From NCBI GenBank assembly GCA_963674695.2, contig CAXXGI010000002.1:448001-512000 (forward strand): 64,000 nt of DNA, written 5' to 3'. Below are positions 19,616 to 28,853 of the stretch, piece after piece. Under the pieces are notes generated by a model. It ran no database searches. It worked only from the letters and a program-made list of their open reading frames with translations, and was not told the origin of the DNA. The translations under genes were made by a program, and so were the position numbers. The first letter of the stretch is position 1; every line of letters starts with the position of its first letter. The stretch is from a bacterium. Its GTDB lineage: Bacteria; UBA10199; 2-02-FULL-44-16; JAAZCA01.

Positions 19616-20545
19616 ATGCGTATCATCTTTATGGGTTCGGCTGGGTTCGCAGTTCCTGCGCTCTCGGCCCTGATCGATTCCGAACATGACGTGATCGAGG
19701 TCGTGGCGCAACCGGACAAGCCCGCCGGCCGTGGCCAAAAGGTCACCGCCTGTCCGGTGGCGACCTGTGCGCGCGAGAGCGAGCTCCCCCTCTATCAGCC
19801 CAAGGGGGTGCGAAAGCCGGAGCGCATCGAGCACTTTCGCGAACTTGCCCCGGACCTGATCGCCGTGGTCGCTTATGGCAAGATCCTCCCGCGCGAACTC
19901 ATCGACATCCCGAAACACGGTTGCATCAACGTGCATGCCTCGCTCCTGCCGAACTATCGCGGTGCGGCGCCCATTCAGTGGGCCATCGTCAATGGCGATG
20001 CCGAGACCGGCGTGACCACGCAGCGCATGGTCGAGGAGCTCGATGCGGGCGATGTGCTCATGGCCGCCTCCACGCCGATCGATGCGTGTGAGACGGCGCG
20101 CGAGCTGCACGACCGGCTCGCCCTCATGGGTGCCGACCTTCTCCTGCACACGATCGAGGCGATCGAGGAGGACACGCTCGTCCCGATTCCGCAGGAGCCC
20201 GCGCAGGTGACCTTCGCGCCCATCATCGAAAAGGCGGACGGGCGCATCGACTGGACGCAGTCGGCCCAGGCCATCTACAACCGCGTGCGCGGCTTTGCCG
20301 TATGGCCGGGGACGTTTACAACATGGCAGGGCAAACAGCTGCGTCTCCATGAGGTGGCGCCGGTGGAAGGTCCCTGCGATGCCAAGCCGGGAACCGTCGT
20401 CGAGGTGGGGGATGCGCATATCGCGATCGCCTGCGGCGAGGGCATGCTCTATCTCCTCGAGGTGCAGCTCGAAGGAAAGCGCCGCATGCCCGTCGCGGAT
20501 TTTCTGCGCGGACACAAAGTTGCACCGGAAAGTATTTTGGAATAA
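19616..20545 (+). CDS. fmt: methionyl-tRNA formyltransferase
   Basis: MRIIFMG, QPDKPAGRG and INVHASLLP.YRGAAPIQ; adjacent to def. Confidence 0.97.
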   Translation: MRIIFMGSAGFAVPALSALIDSEHDVIEVVAQPDKPAGRGQKVTACPVATCARESELPLYQPKGVRKPERIEHFRELAPDLIAVVAYGKILPRELIDIPKHGCINVHASLLPNYRGAAPIQWAIVNGDAETGVTTQRMVEELDAGDVLMAASTPIDACETARELHDRLALMGADLLLHTIEAIEEDTLVPIPQEPAQVTFAPIIEKADGRIDWTQSAQAIYNRVRGFAVWPGTFTTWQGKQLRLHEVAPVEGPCDAKPGTVVEVGDAHIAIACGEGMLYLLEVQLEGKRRMPVADFLRGHKVAPESILE

Positions 20546-20559
20546 ACGAACAACGACGC

Positions 20560-20645
20560 TGTCATCCCGAGTGACCCGAAGGGGAGTCGAGGGATCTCTG
20601 GAGATTCCTCCACTCGTTCGTTTCACTCACTCGGTCGGAATGACA
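20560..20645. repeat. palindromic intergenic repeat (TGTCAT...ATGACA family variant)
   Basis: tgtcatcccgag...gagggatctc...gagattcctc...cggaatgaca. Confidence 0.7.
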
Positions 20646-20659
20646 ACAACGGGATATAC

Positions 20660-21319
20660 ATGAAAAAACAGATCGCTCCATCGATATTGTCGGCCGACTT
20701 CGCGCGTTTGGGCGAGCAGATCGCGGCCGTTGAAAAGGCGGGTGCTGACGTCATCCACGTCGATGTGATGGACGGGCATTTCGTGCCGAACATCACGATC
20801 GGACCGCCGGTCGTGAAGAAGCTTCGTCCCTGCACGAAGCTTCCCTTCGATTGCCACCTCATGATTTCGGAGCCGGCCAAATACATCAAGGCCTTCGCCG
20901 AAGCGGGTGCGGACTGGATCTCGGTGCACGTCGAGTGCTGCGACCTGCAGGAACTCCTCCCCGCCATCCGCGCGCTCGGCTGCAAGGCCGGTTGTGTCAT
21001 CAACCCGCCGACACCGGTGAAGGATATCCTGCCGTTCGTGCCGCTGTCGGATTTCGTCCTCGTCATGACCGTCAATCCCGGCTTCGGCGGCCAGACGATG
21101 ATCGAGGACTGTCTGGAAAAGATAGTGCGGATCAAATCCTTCTGCGCCGAGCGCGGACTGACCATTCCGGTCGAGGTCGACGGCGGGGTGAACCCCGACA
21201 CGATCGAAAAAGTGGCCGCGGTGGGTGCCGACATCCTCGTCGCCGGCAACGCCATCTTTGGCAAAGACGATTACGCCGCCGCCATCGCCAAACTTCGCCA
21301 ACCCTTCAAGACTTCATAA
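20660..21319 (+). CDS. rpe: ribulose-phosphate 3-epimerase
   Basis: IAPSILSADF, HVDVMDGHFVPN, MTVNPGFGGQ and EVDGG. Confidence 0.97.
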   Translation: MKKQIAPSILSADFARLGEQIAAVEKAGADVIHVDVMDGHFVPNITIGPPVVKKLRPCTKLPFDCHLMISEPAKYIKAFAEAGADWISVHVECCDLQELLPAIRALGCKAGCVINPPTPVKDILPFVPLSDFVLVMTVNPGFGGQTMIEDCLEKIVRIKSFCAERGLTIPVEVDGGVNPDTIEKVAAVGADILVAGNAIFGKDDYAAAIAKLRQPFKTS

Positions 21320-21346
21320 CGCCATTCCCGATGTGCGTTGTAAACT

Positions 21347-21385
21347 CTCCCCTCCTTTGTAAGGAGGGGATGGGGGAGGTAGATC
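21347..21385. repeat. half copy of CCCCTCCTTTGTAAG element
   Basis: ctcccctcctttgtaaggaggggatgggggaggtagatc. Confidence 0.7.
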
Positions 21386-21413
21386 ATGGATGTACCCGAT
21401 GTTGAATTGAACA

Positions 21414-22811
21414 TCATGCTCCGCACGTCGGATCCGGATCGAGGGCGCACTCGAGGTTGTCCAGATTGAAGGCTCCGCCCGCGGTCATCTCGTCGAAATC
21501 GGTGATGGTATCGCCGTCGGTATCCGGGTCACACGGATCGGTCTCGAATCCTTCATCGACGATACCGTTGCAGTTGTGATCCTCGCCCATGCCCATGGAG
21601 GAAACCCATCCGTCGGGGAGGCGATCGCCATCGGTATCGGAGCTGAGGGGGTTGGTCTCGATTCCTTGATCGAAGACGCCGTTTCGGTTGGCGTCCTCCA
21701 ACCCGTCGAGGATGCCGTCGCCGTCGGTGTCGGGATGGAGCGGATTGGTTCCGAGCCGAGCCTCCAGGTCATCCATCAGTCCATCGTCGTCGCTGTCGGC
21801 TTCATACCAACAGGTTTCCCCGGGATCGCAGACGCAGTTGCGATTGCTATCTTCGGTGTCGTCGGAAAGGTGATCGCCGTCGCTGTCATAGCCGGGGGCG
21901 ACGATGCCGGTCTGGCCGCTATGGGTGATGCCGCGGTAGAGTCGGCATTCCTGCACGTTCGCGAAGCGCTCACTCGCGTTGCCGCTGTCGTCATGGAGCG
22001 GATAGTTGTCTTCGCCATCGAAGATGCCGTCATCGTCGGTGTCGGGATCAAACGGATCGGTTCCGAGCCTCGCTTCCATGCCATCGGTCAGTCCATCGGC
22101 ATCGGAGTCGATCAATTCAGCGTTCGGCTCATCCTCAGCGGGGTCGTCTTCTTCAATAGTCACCTCTGATTCCAGTTCGTACCCGGGCAATGGCACAAAA
22201 TGTTCCGGTTCGGTCCCTTCCGTTGAGGTTCCATCCTCACCATTGGTCTTGTTTGCAGAATCGGTTTCATTCTCTTCGGTATCATCATCATCATCATCAT
22301 CACCATCGCCGTTTCCATCGCCGATGGCGACAAAGCGGAACGCATCCAGATCGTTCTCGCTCATCGCCGATGCGGTGAGGGTGAAGTGCGCGAGCGTCGT
22401 GCCGCGCAGGAGATAGATGCTCCAGGTGTTTTCGCCGGAGGTGTTCGTTGAAGCGATGAGCCCCTGCTCGAATCCCTCGGCGCTGTAGGGCGTGAAGGTG
22501 GTGCCCTCGTGAAAGAGCCGGACGTAGTCGCTCAGATTCGCGATGGGGGCGGGCAGACGGTTGAAGATGATCGTCGCCTGCGCGCGTTTGGCGACGAGCA
22601 TCGGTTTGATGAGGATGCTCTCGTCGTCGATGATGGTTGCGACCCAGTCGAGCGGATAGCTGATGCGCACGCCATAGGCGGTGCTCAGGTAGGTCTGCGT
22701 CTCGACGATGTCCGGCACCGGGTTTTCCACCTCGGTTCCGCCGGAGGGGCCGGCGCAGGCGGCGGTGATGAACATCAGCGCCAGCAGGAGCAGGAGACGT
22801 TTATGTTTCAT
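21414..22811 (-). CDS. lipoprotein with PsbP-like N-domain and Ca-binding TSP3/CglD-like repeats
   Basis: Start ATG 22811 (MKHKRLLL, lipobox TAA-C). YGVRISYPLDW motif, then DxDxDG..DG.E...GTxP repeats. Confidence 0.8.
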   Translation of the reverse strand: MKHKRLLLLLALMFITAACAGPSGGTEVENPVPDIVETQTYLSTAYGVRISYPLDWVATIIDDESILIKPMLVAKRAQATIIFNRLPAPIANLSDYVRLFHEGTTFTPYSAEGFEQGLIASTNTSGENTWSIYLLRGTTLAHFTLTASAMSENDLDAFRFVAIGDGNGDGDDDDDDDTEENETDSANKTNGEDGTSTEGTEPEHFVPLPGYELESEVTIEEDDPAEDEPNAELIDSDADGLTDGMEARLGTDPFDPDTDDDGIFDGEDNYPLHDDSGNASERFANVQECRLYRGITHSGQTGIVAPGYDSDGDHLSDDTEDSNRNCVCDPGETCWYEADSDDDGLMDDLEARLGTNPLHPDTDGDGILDGLEDANRNGVFDQGIETNPLSSDTDGDRLPDGWVSSMGMGEDHNCNGIVDEGFETDPCDPDTDGDTITDFDEMTAGGAFNLDNLECALDPDPTCGA

Positions 22812-23649
22812 CGGGCACCTCGCTGAGATTGAAGAGCTGTAGGTTGAGCTGATAGATGACATCGGCCGCTTCTCCCTCGGCCATGAACGCATGCAGCTCG
22901 CGTTTGAACGCGTGGATGCGGCGCTTGACCTCCGCGATCTTCTCCTTCGAGACGGCGACGGTCAGCGCCGAGATGTCGCGATGCTGCGCCTGGCTGCGAT
23001 CAATCGATTCGCGCGCCTTTTCAATCATCTGGTGGTGGAAGTTCGCGGCGGCCAGCGATGCGACCTCATAGACCGTTCCGAGATGGCGTTCCGATTGCAC
23101 GATGCGTCCCTCATCGGTGCGCGTCCAGAGGCCGAGCCGAAAGAGCAGTTCCATCGCTTCAGTCGCTTCACAGGTGCTGATGCGCGGTGTGAGCCGGGCG
23201 GCGATCCACTTCGGGTCCTCGCGAAATGTGGGGAGCAGGACCATTTCGCGCACGGCGGCGAAATACCATTTGGACAGATACTCGTACTGATCCTTCTCGA
23301 TGTGGCGAACCTCGATGTAGCCCTTCGAGGAGGCCAGTCGCTGATAATAGTGATTCTTCTCCTCGTTCGTCTTGGCCTGGTTGAACAGGACGAGATTTTC
23401 AAAAAATGCGCTCTCGCGCTTCTTGAGTTTGAGTCCCTTCGCGAATTTTCGGATCGTGCCGTTGCCCAGGCTCTTGCGTCCGGTGATCACCTGCCAGAGA
23501 TGGTTGTCGGAGGAGAGCCCGGCCGTGCGCGAGAAGAGGCGATAGGAGTAGCTCGGGTTCTCGCGCTTCTTCCACGCATAGAACGCCTTGAGATAGGCCC
23601 GATAATCGGTGAAGGCGTAGAGGTTGGGTTTGTCGGGACGCGCGGTCAT
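22801..23649 (-). CDS. TIGR02147-family protein (HTH + DUF4423-like)
   Basis: DYRAYL...NPSYSYR.F, WYFAAVRE, NFHHQMI, RDISALT and YQLNLQLF pattern; overlaps the downstream lipoprotein start by 11 nt. Confidence 0.85.
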   Translation of the reverse strand: MTARPDKPNLYAFTDYRAYLKAFYAWKKRENPSYSYRLFSRTAGLSSDNHLWQVITGRKSLGNGTIRKFAKGLKLKKRESAFFENLVLFNQAKTNEEKNHYYQRLASSKGYIEVRHIEKDQYEYLSKWYFAAVREMVLLPTFREDPKWIAARLTPRISTCEATEAMELLFRLGLWTRTDEGRIVQSERHLGTVYEVASLAAANFHHQMIEKARESIDRSQAQHRDISALTVAVSKEKIAEVKRRIHAFKRELHAFMAEGEAADVIYQLNLQLFNLSEVPDET

Positions 23650-23658
23650 ATATGCTCC

Positions 23659-23687
23659 TTATCGGCACATGACCCCCCTGAAGTTGC
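23659..23687 (-). promoter_or_regulatory. sigma28-like promoter GCAAC-N17-CCGATAA
   Basis: Minus strand gcaac-ttcaggggggtcatgtg-ccgataa, directly upstream of the TIGR02147 gene. Confidence 0.6.
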
Positions 23688-23852
23688 GTATACCGGAGAA
23701 GAGGACAGGTGTATGGTGCACGCCTTTATCCGTTCCGGCGGAAGTTGCTAAATATTGTGTAATATCGCGATGTTACTGCGGCTCCTACAGGTTCGTCTTC
23801 CTGTACGGTATGTGAGAAATATCAAAGAAATGGCGCGTCGATAGAGGCAGGC

Positions 23853-23876
23853 GGCCCCGCCCCTATTGACGGGGCC
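23853..23876 (-). terminator. hairpin downstream of 23890-24819
   Basis: ggccccg/cggggcc stem; no clear U-tail. Confidence 0.4.
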
Positions 23877-23889
23877 ACCCATGGGGGAG

Positions 23890-24819
23890 TCAGGCTTCGC
23901 AGCTCGGATCCGGATCCAGAGCGCATTCGAGGTTGTCCAGATTGAAGGCTCCGCCCGCGGTCATCTCGTCGAAATCGGTGATGGTATCGCCGTCGGTATC
24001 CGGGTCACACGGATCGGTCTCGACTCCTTCGTCGAAGATGCCGTTGCAGTTGTGATCCTCGCCCATGCCCATGGAGGAAACCCATCCGTCGGGGAGGCGA
24101 TCGCCATCGGTATCGGAGCTGAGGGGGTTGGTCTCGGAGTCAACATCGTAGACGCCGTTTCGGTTGGCATCCTCCAGTCCGTCGAGGATGCAGTCGCCGT
24201 CGGTGTCGGGATTTCGCGGATCGGTTCCGAGCCTCGTCTCCAGCGCATCGCTGAGTCCATCGCCGTCGGCATCGATGGTGTCGCCGTCGTCGGCATCGAG
24301 CGGATATTCATCCACGCCGTCGACGATGCCATCATTATCGGTGTCGGCCTTATACCAGCAGGTCTCATCGGGATCGCAGACGCAGTTTCGGTCTTCGTCT
24401 TCGATATCGTCGACGATGCCGTCACCGTCAGTGTCGTAGCCGGGGGCGACGAGTCCCGTCTGTCCGCTGTGGATGAGGCTGCGCATTTGACGGCATTCCT
24501 GCACGCTCGCGAAGCGGCCGCTGTCGCTGCCATTGTCGGCGTCGAGCGGATAACCGTCCTGCCCATCGAAGATGCCGTCGTCGTCCGAATCGCGATCGAG
24601 CGGATTCGTGCCGATTTCACGCTCCCATTCGTTGAGGAGCCCGTCGCCGTCCGCGTCAGGGGCGAGCTGGATCTTTCCCCGAAAGGGTGTCGTCTGAACC
24701 CCGTATCGCTGGCGGATGAGCTTCCCCGCGGGCTTGTTCACCGAGAACTCAAACGCTGATGCGCTGCCTGCGGTAATCAGAAAAACGAGCGCGCTGCAAA
24801 TGCCGATGATGCCCTTCAT
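23890..24819 (-). CDS. secreted Ca-binding TSP3/CglD-like repeat protein, paralog of 21414-22811
   Basis: Start ATG 24819 with aggagg RBS and signal peptide ending ASA-F. The C-terminal repeats are near-identical to the neighbouring lipoprotein. Confidence 0.8.
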   Translation of the reverse strand: MKGIIGICSALVFLITAGSASAFEFSVNKPAGKLIRQRYGVQTTPFRGKIQLAPDADGDGLLNEWEREIGTNPLDRDSDDDGIFDGQDGYPLDADNGSDSGRFASVQECRQMRSLIHSGQTGLVAPGYDTDGDGIVDDIEDEDRNCVCDPDETCWYKADTDNDGIVDGVDEYPLDADDGDTIDADGDGLSDALETRLGTDPRNPDTDGDCILDGLEDANRNGVYDVDSETNPLSSDTDGDRLPDGWVSSMGMGEDHNCNGIFDEGVETDPCDPDTDGDTITDFDEMTAGGAFNLDNLECALDPDPSCEA

Positions 24820-24866
24820 GGTGACCTCCTTCTGCATGCTGTTGTTGCCCCGTCCTTTCACCCTCG

Positions 24867-24894
24867 TTATCGGTCCCGACCGAAGTGTTGTTGC
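24867..24894 (-). promoter_or_regulatory. sigma28-like promoter GCAAC-N16-CCGATAA
   Basis: Minus strand gcaac-aacacttcggtcggga-ccgataa. Confidence 0.7.
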
Positions 24895-25103
24895 GCACTC
24901 AAATCGTGCCGCTTCGCGCGCGGTGGCGGACAGTTTTAAAAATGAGAGCGAGTTCGGGAGGATGACCCCTGTACCGCGGTACACGAAAACTGTGTGGCGG
25001 GCATCCGTTCGAGATGGGGTTGGAAGGAGGGTGAGGAGAAAAAATGGCCGCTCCCCGTGAAGCATCGGGGGCGGCCGATGTATGATGGGCGTAACAGTGT
25101 GGG

Positions 25104-25727
25104 CTATTCGCCCTGATGTACAGATTCCACGAACATCTCCTCGATCGCCCACACGGCATCGATGATCGCGTCGAGTTCTTCGGGCATGTCGACGCGTTTG
25201 TCGAAACAGATGCGCTTATCGTCATGCGTTTCGGCGATGTCGAAGGTGATGCATGCGAGCGGATAATCGGTCGCACAGTTTTCTCCTTCACAGCGATATT
25301 CATCTTCCAGGCTGAACAGGGGGGCTGAACAGACGGTCTCCTGGAAATCGGCCAGGTTTTCGTTCGTGAGTTCTCTGGTGTGTCTGCTGACATGATCATC
25401 GGTTTCATAGATCCAGGTGACAAAGCCATAGTCCTCGACGGTGAGCGTGCTCGCCCAGAGTTCATGGCCGCCGTGTCGTTCAAAGGTCAGTCGCAGCGTG
25501 CACGGATCTGCCTTTGCCATCTCACCGCCGGTCGCAGTGCCGTCGCCCTCTTCGCCAGCGTCCACAAATCCTGTGCCGTCATTTGTTTCGTTTTCCTCCT
25601 CCCCATCTTGAACCGTGCTGCGGTCGTTCTTCAACCCATCCGCCGAAGGGATTGGGCCGGAGGCGCTACAGCCGACGATCGTTATCATAAGGAATAATGC
25701 GATGAAGAAGGCGGTGATCGTTTTCAT
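25104..25727 (-). CDS. hypothetical lipoprotein
   Basis: Start ATG 25727 with aaggag RBS and lipobox TIVG-C; CEGENCATD motif. Confidence 0.75.
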   Translation of the reverse strand: MKTITAFFIALFLMITIVGCSASGPIPSADGLKNDRSTVQDGEEENETNDGTGFVDAGEEGDGTATGGEMAKADPCTLRLTFERHGGHELWASTLTVEDYGFVTWIYETDDHVSRHTRELTNENLADFQETVCSAPLFSLEDEYRCEGENCATDYPLACITFDIAETHDDKRICFDKRVDMPEELDAIIDAVWAIEEMFVESVHQGE

Positions 25728-25765
25728 AGGTGCTCCTTGTGAGGGTGATGTCATTTCTATCTTGG

Positions 25766-25793
25766 TTATCGGTTGCGGCGTGGCGGGGGTTGC
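25766..25793 (-). promoter_or_regulatory. sigma28-like promoter GCAAC-N16-CCGATAA
   Basis: Minus strand gcaac-ccccgccacgccgcaa-ccgataa. Confidence 0.7.
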
Positions 25794-25941
25794 GACGAAA
25801 TGGCGTCGAGAACACGGTTTCTCGGCGGGATCCGTCCAGCGCGAGGGAATGCATCTGCAATATGAAGGGGTTAGATGCCACTCGTATCCGATGGCGGTGT
25901 GTTCTCGATGGGACGCGTGCTCTCGGGGATGGTGCTGTCGA

Positions 25942-27252
25942 TTATTTCTTCAGCCGATGTCGCAGCAGGGGCAGGCCGATGTGTTGGCGAGCGGTTTCGC
26001 CTTCGAGGTGTTGCTGTTTTCGCTGCGCGATTCCTCCGCGCTCGCCTCCGTGTTGCGCAGAGAGACAGGCGCTGTCAGCGAAAAAGATCGTGTGTTTGCC
26101 GTAGCGTGCGGCCGCTTCGTCCACGGCGGCAAAGAGCGCTTCGTTCTCTATCTGCCGCTTCGGATCGTCGAAGAGCGAAAACTGCGATGGCCGCGGATCG
26201 GTGAGATCGGCCAGCACCACACCGGTGGCGCGATAGAGGACGCGGGCACGATAGCACGCGTCGAAGAGGCGCTTGAGGTGCGGGGCGATTTCGTTCGGAG
26301 CGCTCGTGGGAAACGGGAGCTTCGTCTCGTTTCCCGATCCGTCGAAGTCCTGCGTGCGCAGAAAGAGCGAGAGCTTCTGCGCCGCAAGCCGATGACGGCG
26401 CGCCTTGATGCAGGCCGATTCCAGGTTGCGCAGCGCGCGCGCCCAGACCTGTGCGCGATCCATCGAGGGCGGGGTGAAGGTCTTCGTCTTCGAGATCGAG
26501 GCCTGGCGCGATGGTATTTCGGCGTTCACCGGGGCGACCGATTCGCCGCGCAGCTCCAACCAGATTTCATTCCCCACCTTTCCCAGGAGTGCCGAGACAA
26601 ACGCCTTCGGACGCGAAATGAAGTCGAGTGCGGTGGTGAGACCGTGTTTCTCCAGGAGTGCCACGGTGTTGGGGCCGAAGCCCCAGACCTGCGGGAGTGT
26701 CGTGCGCTCCAGAAGGAGGTGAATGTGCCGGCCGCTCACGGCGGTGATGCCGTTCGGTTTCCGAAACTTCGAGCAGAGTTTGGCCAGGCCCTTGGAGAGC
26801 GACACGCCCACCGAAACGGTGATGCCCAGTTCCGCGGCGACCGCCTCCTGCATCTGTCGTGCGATGTCGCGATAGGAGGCGTGAAAGAGTCGGCGCAGTC
26901 CCGTGAGGTCGGCAAACCCTTCGTCGATCGAATACTCCTCCACCAGCGGCGAGAAGCGTCGCATGATGCTGAAGAGGCGCTTGGAGTAGAGCGCATAGGT
27001 TTCATAGTCCGAAGGCATCAGGATGCATTCGGGACAGATGCGGCGCACCTCGTAGAGCGGCACGCCGCGTTTGACGCCGCGCGCCTTGGCCTCGTAGGAG
27101 GCGGCCGAGACGATGCCGCGCTCGGCTCCGGTGACCAGCGGTTGTCCCTTCAGTTCCGGATGCACGGCCTGCTCGACCGAGGCGAAGAAGGCGTCGGCGT
27201 CGAGGTGAGCGATGGCGCGCGGCCAGCGGCGAAGGAGGAGGGGGCGGGACAT
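25942..27252 (-). CDS. dinB: DNA polymerase IV (Y-family)
   Basis: HLDADAFFASVE, ASYEAK..GV, YSIDE and KPNG motifs. Confidence 0.93.
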   Translation of the reverse strand: MSRPLLLRRWPRAIAHLDADAFFASVEQAVHPELKGQPLVTGAERGIVSAASYEAKARGVKRGVPLYEVRRICPECILMPSDYETYALYSKRLFSIMRRFSPLVEEYSIDEGFADLTGLRRLFHASYRDIARQMQEAVAAELGITVSVGVSLSKGLAKLCSKFRKPNGITAVSGRHIHLLLERTTLPQVWGFGPNTVALLEKHGLTTALDFISRPKAFVSALLGKVGNEIWLELRGESVAPVNAEIPSRQASISKTKTFTPPSMDRAQVWARALRNLESACIKARRHRLAAQKLSLFLRTQDFDGSGNETKLPFPTSAPNEIAPHLKRLFDACYRARVLYRATGVVLADLTDPRPSQFSLFDDPKRQIENEALFAAVDEAAARYGKHTIFFADSACLSAQHGGERGGIAQRKQQHLEGETARQHIGLPLLRHRLKK

Positions 27253-27278
27253 GCGATCAGCGTTAGGGGAGGCCCCGT

Positions 27279-28076
27279 TCACATGTCAACGTTCTCCTCA
27301 AAGGGGGGATCTCTGTGGAGCGCATTGTAGGGACAGGCCTCCTGACAGATGTCGCAGCCGTAGGTGAAGCCGTGACTCGTGACTCGTGACTCGTGACTCG
27401 GAACATCTTCAGGATTGTGGCGAGGGGCTTCGATGGTGAGGTAGGAGATGCACCGGCGTGCGTCGAGGTGATAGGGGGCGATGAGCGCTGCGGTGGGACA
27501 GGCATCCAGGCAGGCGCGGCAGTCGCCGCAGCGATTTTCGGCGGGCGTGTTCGGGGCGAGATCGAGATCGGTGATGATCTCGCCCAGGACGAAGAAGGAG
27601 CCGAGGGCTTCATTGACGAGCAGCGTGTGCTTGCCGATCCAGCCCAACCCTGCGCGCTGGGCGAGCGCCTTCTCCAGCAGCGGGCTCGTGTCGACACAGA
27701 TCTTTGCACGCGCATTGGGATGGCCCTCAGCGATCGTCGCCCAGAGTGCATCCAGTTTTTCGCGCATTACCTCATGATACTCTGCGCTGCGGGCGAAGCG
27801 GGCGCGGCGCGTGTCGGGTGCGGCGGCGTGCGGCGGAAGCCCGCGTTCAGTATAGGGATAGGCACAACAGATGACCGAGCGTGCATCGGGTAGGAGCGAG
27901 GTCGGATCGCAGCGGCGCGCGGGGTCGCGCGCGAGCCATCGCATCGAGGCGTTGCGTCCGGCTTCGATGGCGGCATCCAGATGCGCGCGCGCATCGATCG
28001 GGGAGGCATCGGTGATGCCGACGGCAGCGAAGCCGAGCGCACCGGCGCGTTCGCGAATCTCGCTTTCGATGCTCAT
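27279..28076 (-). CDS. queG: tRNA epoxyqueuosine reductase (short form)
   Basis: AGLGWIGK, CGDCRACLDACPT, DARRCISYLTIE and GCDICQEACPYN; ATGA overlap with the upstream gene. Confidence 0.9.
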   Translation of the reverse strand: MSIESEIRERAGALGFAAVGITDASPIDARAHLDAAIEAGRNASMRWLARDPARRCDPTSLLPDARSVICCAYPYTERGLPPHAAAPDTRRARFARSAEYHEVMREKLDALWATIAEGHPNARAKICVDTSPLLEKALAQRAGLGWIGKHTLLVNEALGSFFVLGEIITDLDLAPNTPAENRCGDCRACLDACPTAALIAPYHLDARRCISYLTIEAPRHNPEDVPSHESRVTSHGFTYGCDICQEACPYNALHRDPPFEENVDM

Positions 28077-28381
28077 GTGCGCAGCTTCTTTCCGACCTTT
28101 TCCTCGACGCGCGCGACTTTGCTCTTCAACCGGCCGCTCGAACCTGTGCGCGCATCGATCTTGATCGAACACTCGATGCGATTACAGTCGGCGCGCATCG
28201 CGGTGTAGCACTTTCCGATCACATCCATGACCTCTGTCCACTCGCCCTCAAGCGTCGTCCCCATCGGCCCGAGTGTGTAGGCGAGCCCCGAGGCATCGAC
28301 GATTTCGAGTGAGCGCGCGACGAAGGTCGAGAGCGACTCCCCCTTGTCCAACGGGAACATCGAAAATTCAGCCAGAATCAT
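28073..28381 (-). CDS. MTH1187-family thiamine-binding protein
   Basis: EFSMFP, SGL.Y.LGPMGT.LEG and IKIDAR. Confidence 0.85.
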   Translation of the reverse strand: MILAEFSMFPLDKGESLSTFVARSLEIVDASGLAYTLGPMGTTLEGEWTEVMDVIGKCYTAMRADCNRIECSIKIDARTGSSGRLKSKVARVEEKVGKKLRT

Positions 28382-28475
28382 AGAGGCCTCCTGTGTGCGC
28401 GATGTTTTCCTCCTTGTCCTTTTCCCCTCCTCCCTATAGGGAACGAAGCACAAATTCAATGCCAAGGAGCGTGTT

Positions 28476-28766
28476 ATGGAACAGCCAAAAAAGAATGTGC
28501 AGATGCAGGTGAAGGCGACCGATGCGGTCATGGCCGGCAGCTATGCCAACCACCTGATGCTGCACATGAATCGGGAGGAGTTCGTCCTCGATTTCATAGG
28601 CGTCGTGCCGCCGCACGCCACGCTCAACTCCCGGGTGGTGCTCTCCCCCGGCAACCTCAAGCGGATGCTGCACATTCTCCGGGAGAGTCTGGAGAAATAT
28701 GAAAAGGAGTTCGGCGAGGTCGTCGTCGGCCCGCCGCCTTCCAAGGCGGAAGAATTGATACAATAG
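28476..28766 (+). CDS. DUF3467-like protein
   Basis: GSYAN, EEFVLDF, RVVLSP and YEKEFG pattern. Confidence 0.75.
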   Translation: MEQPKKNVQMQVKATDAVMAGSYANHLMLHMNREEFVLDFIGVVPPHATLNSRVVLSPGNLKRMLHILRESLEKYEKEFGEVVVGPPPSKAEELIQ

Positions 28767-28853
28767 AGGGATGTATGCGTTTCCCGCAGAAACCCCCTTG
28801 TCCTCTTTTTGCGGCGGGTATATGGTGAACCCCCATCAGCGAGGAGGCCTGTC

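Noticed and set aside
18725-20626. 633-aa minus-strand ORF, and similar long ORFs such as 42820-44622, 60715-62598, 25615-27330 and 28836-30215
   Set aside because: These are antisense shadows of well-supported genes, expected in GC-rich codon-biased DNA.
23726-23748. Second sigma28-like motif (GCAAC-N11-CGGATAA)
   Set aside because: The 11-nt spacer is incompatible with the 15-17 nt seen in the other copies.
21414-24300. Diversity-generating retroelement TR/VR pair
   Set aside because: Differences between the copies are not adenine-specific, both copies lie in intact paralogous ORFs, and there is no reverse transcriptase in the window.
25942-27300. imuABC-type mutagenesis cassette or SOS box at dinB
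   Set aside because: DinB has intact catalytic motifs, there is no imuA, dnaE2 or lexA nearby, and no LexA box was recognised.
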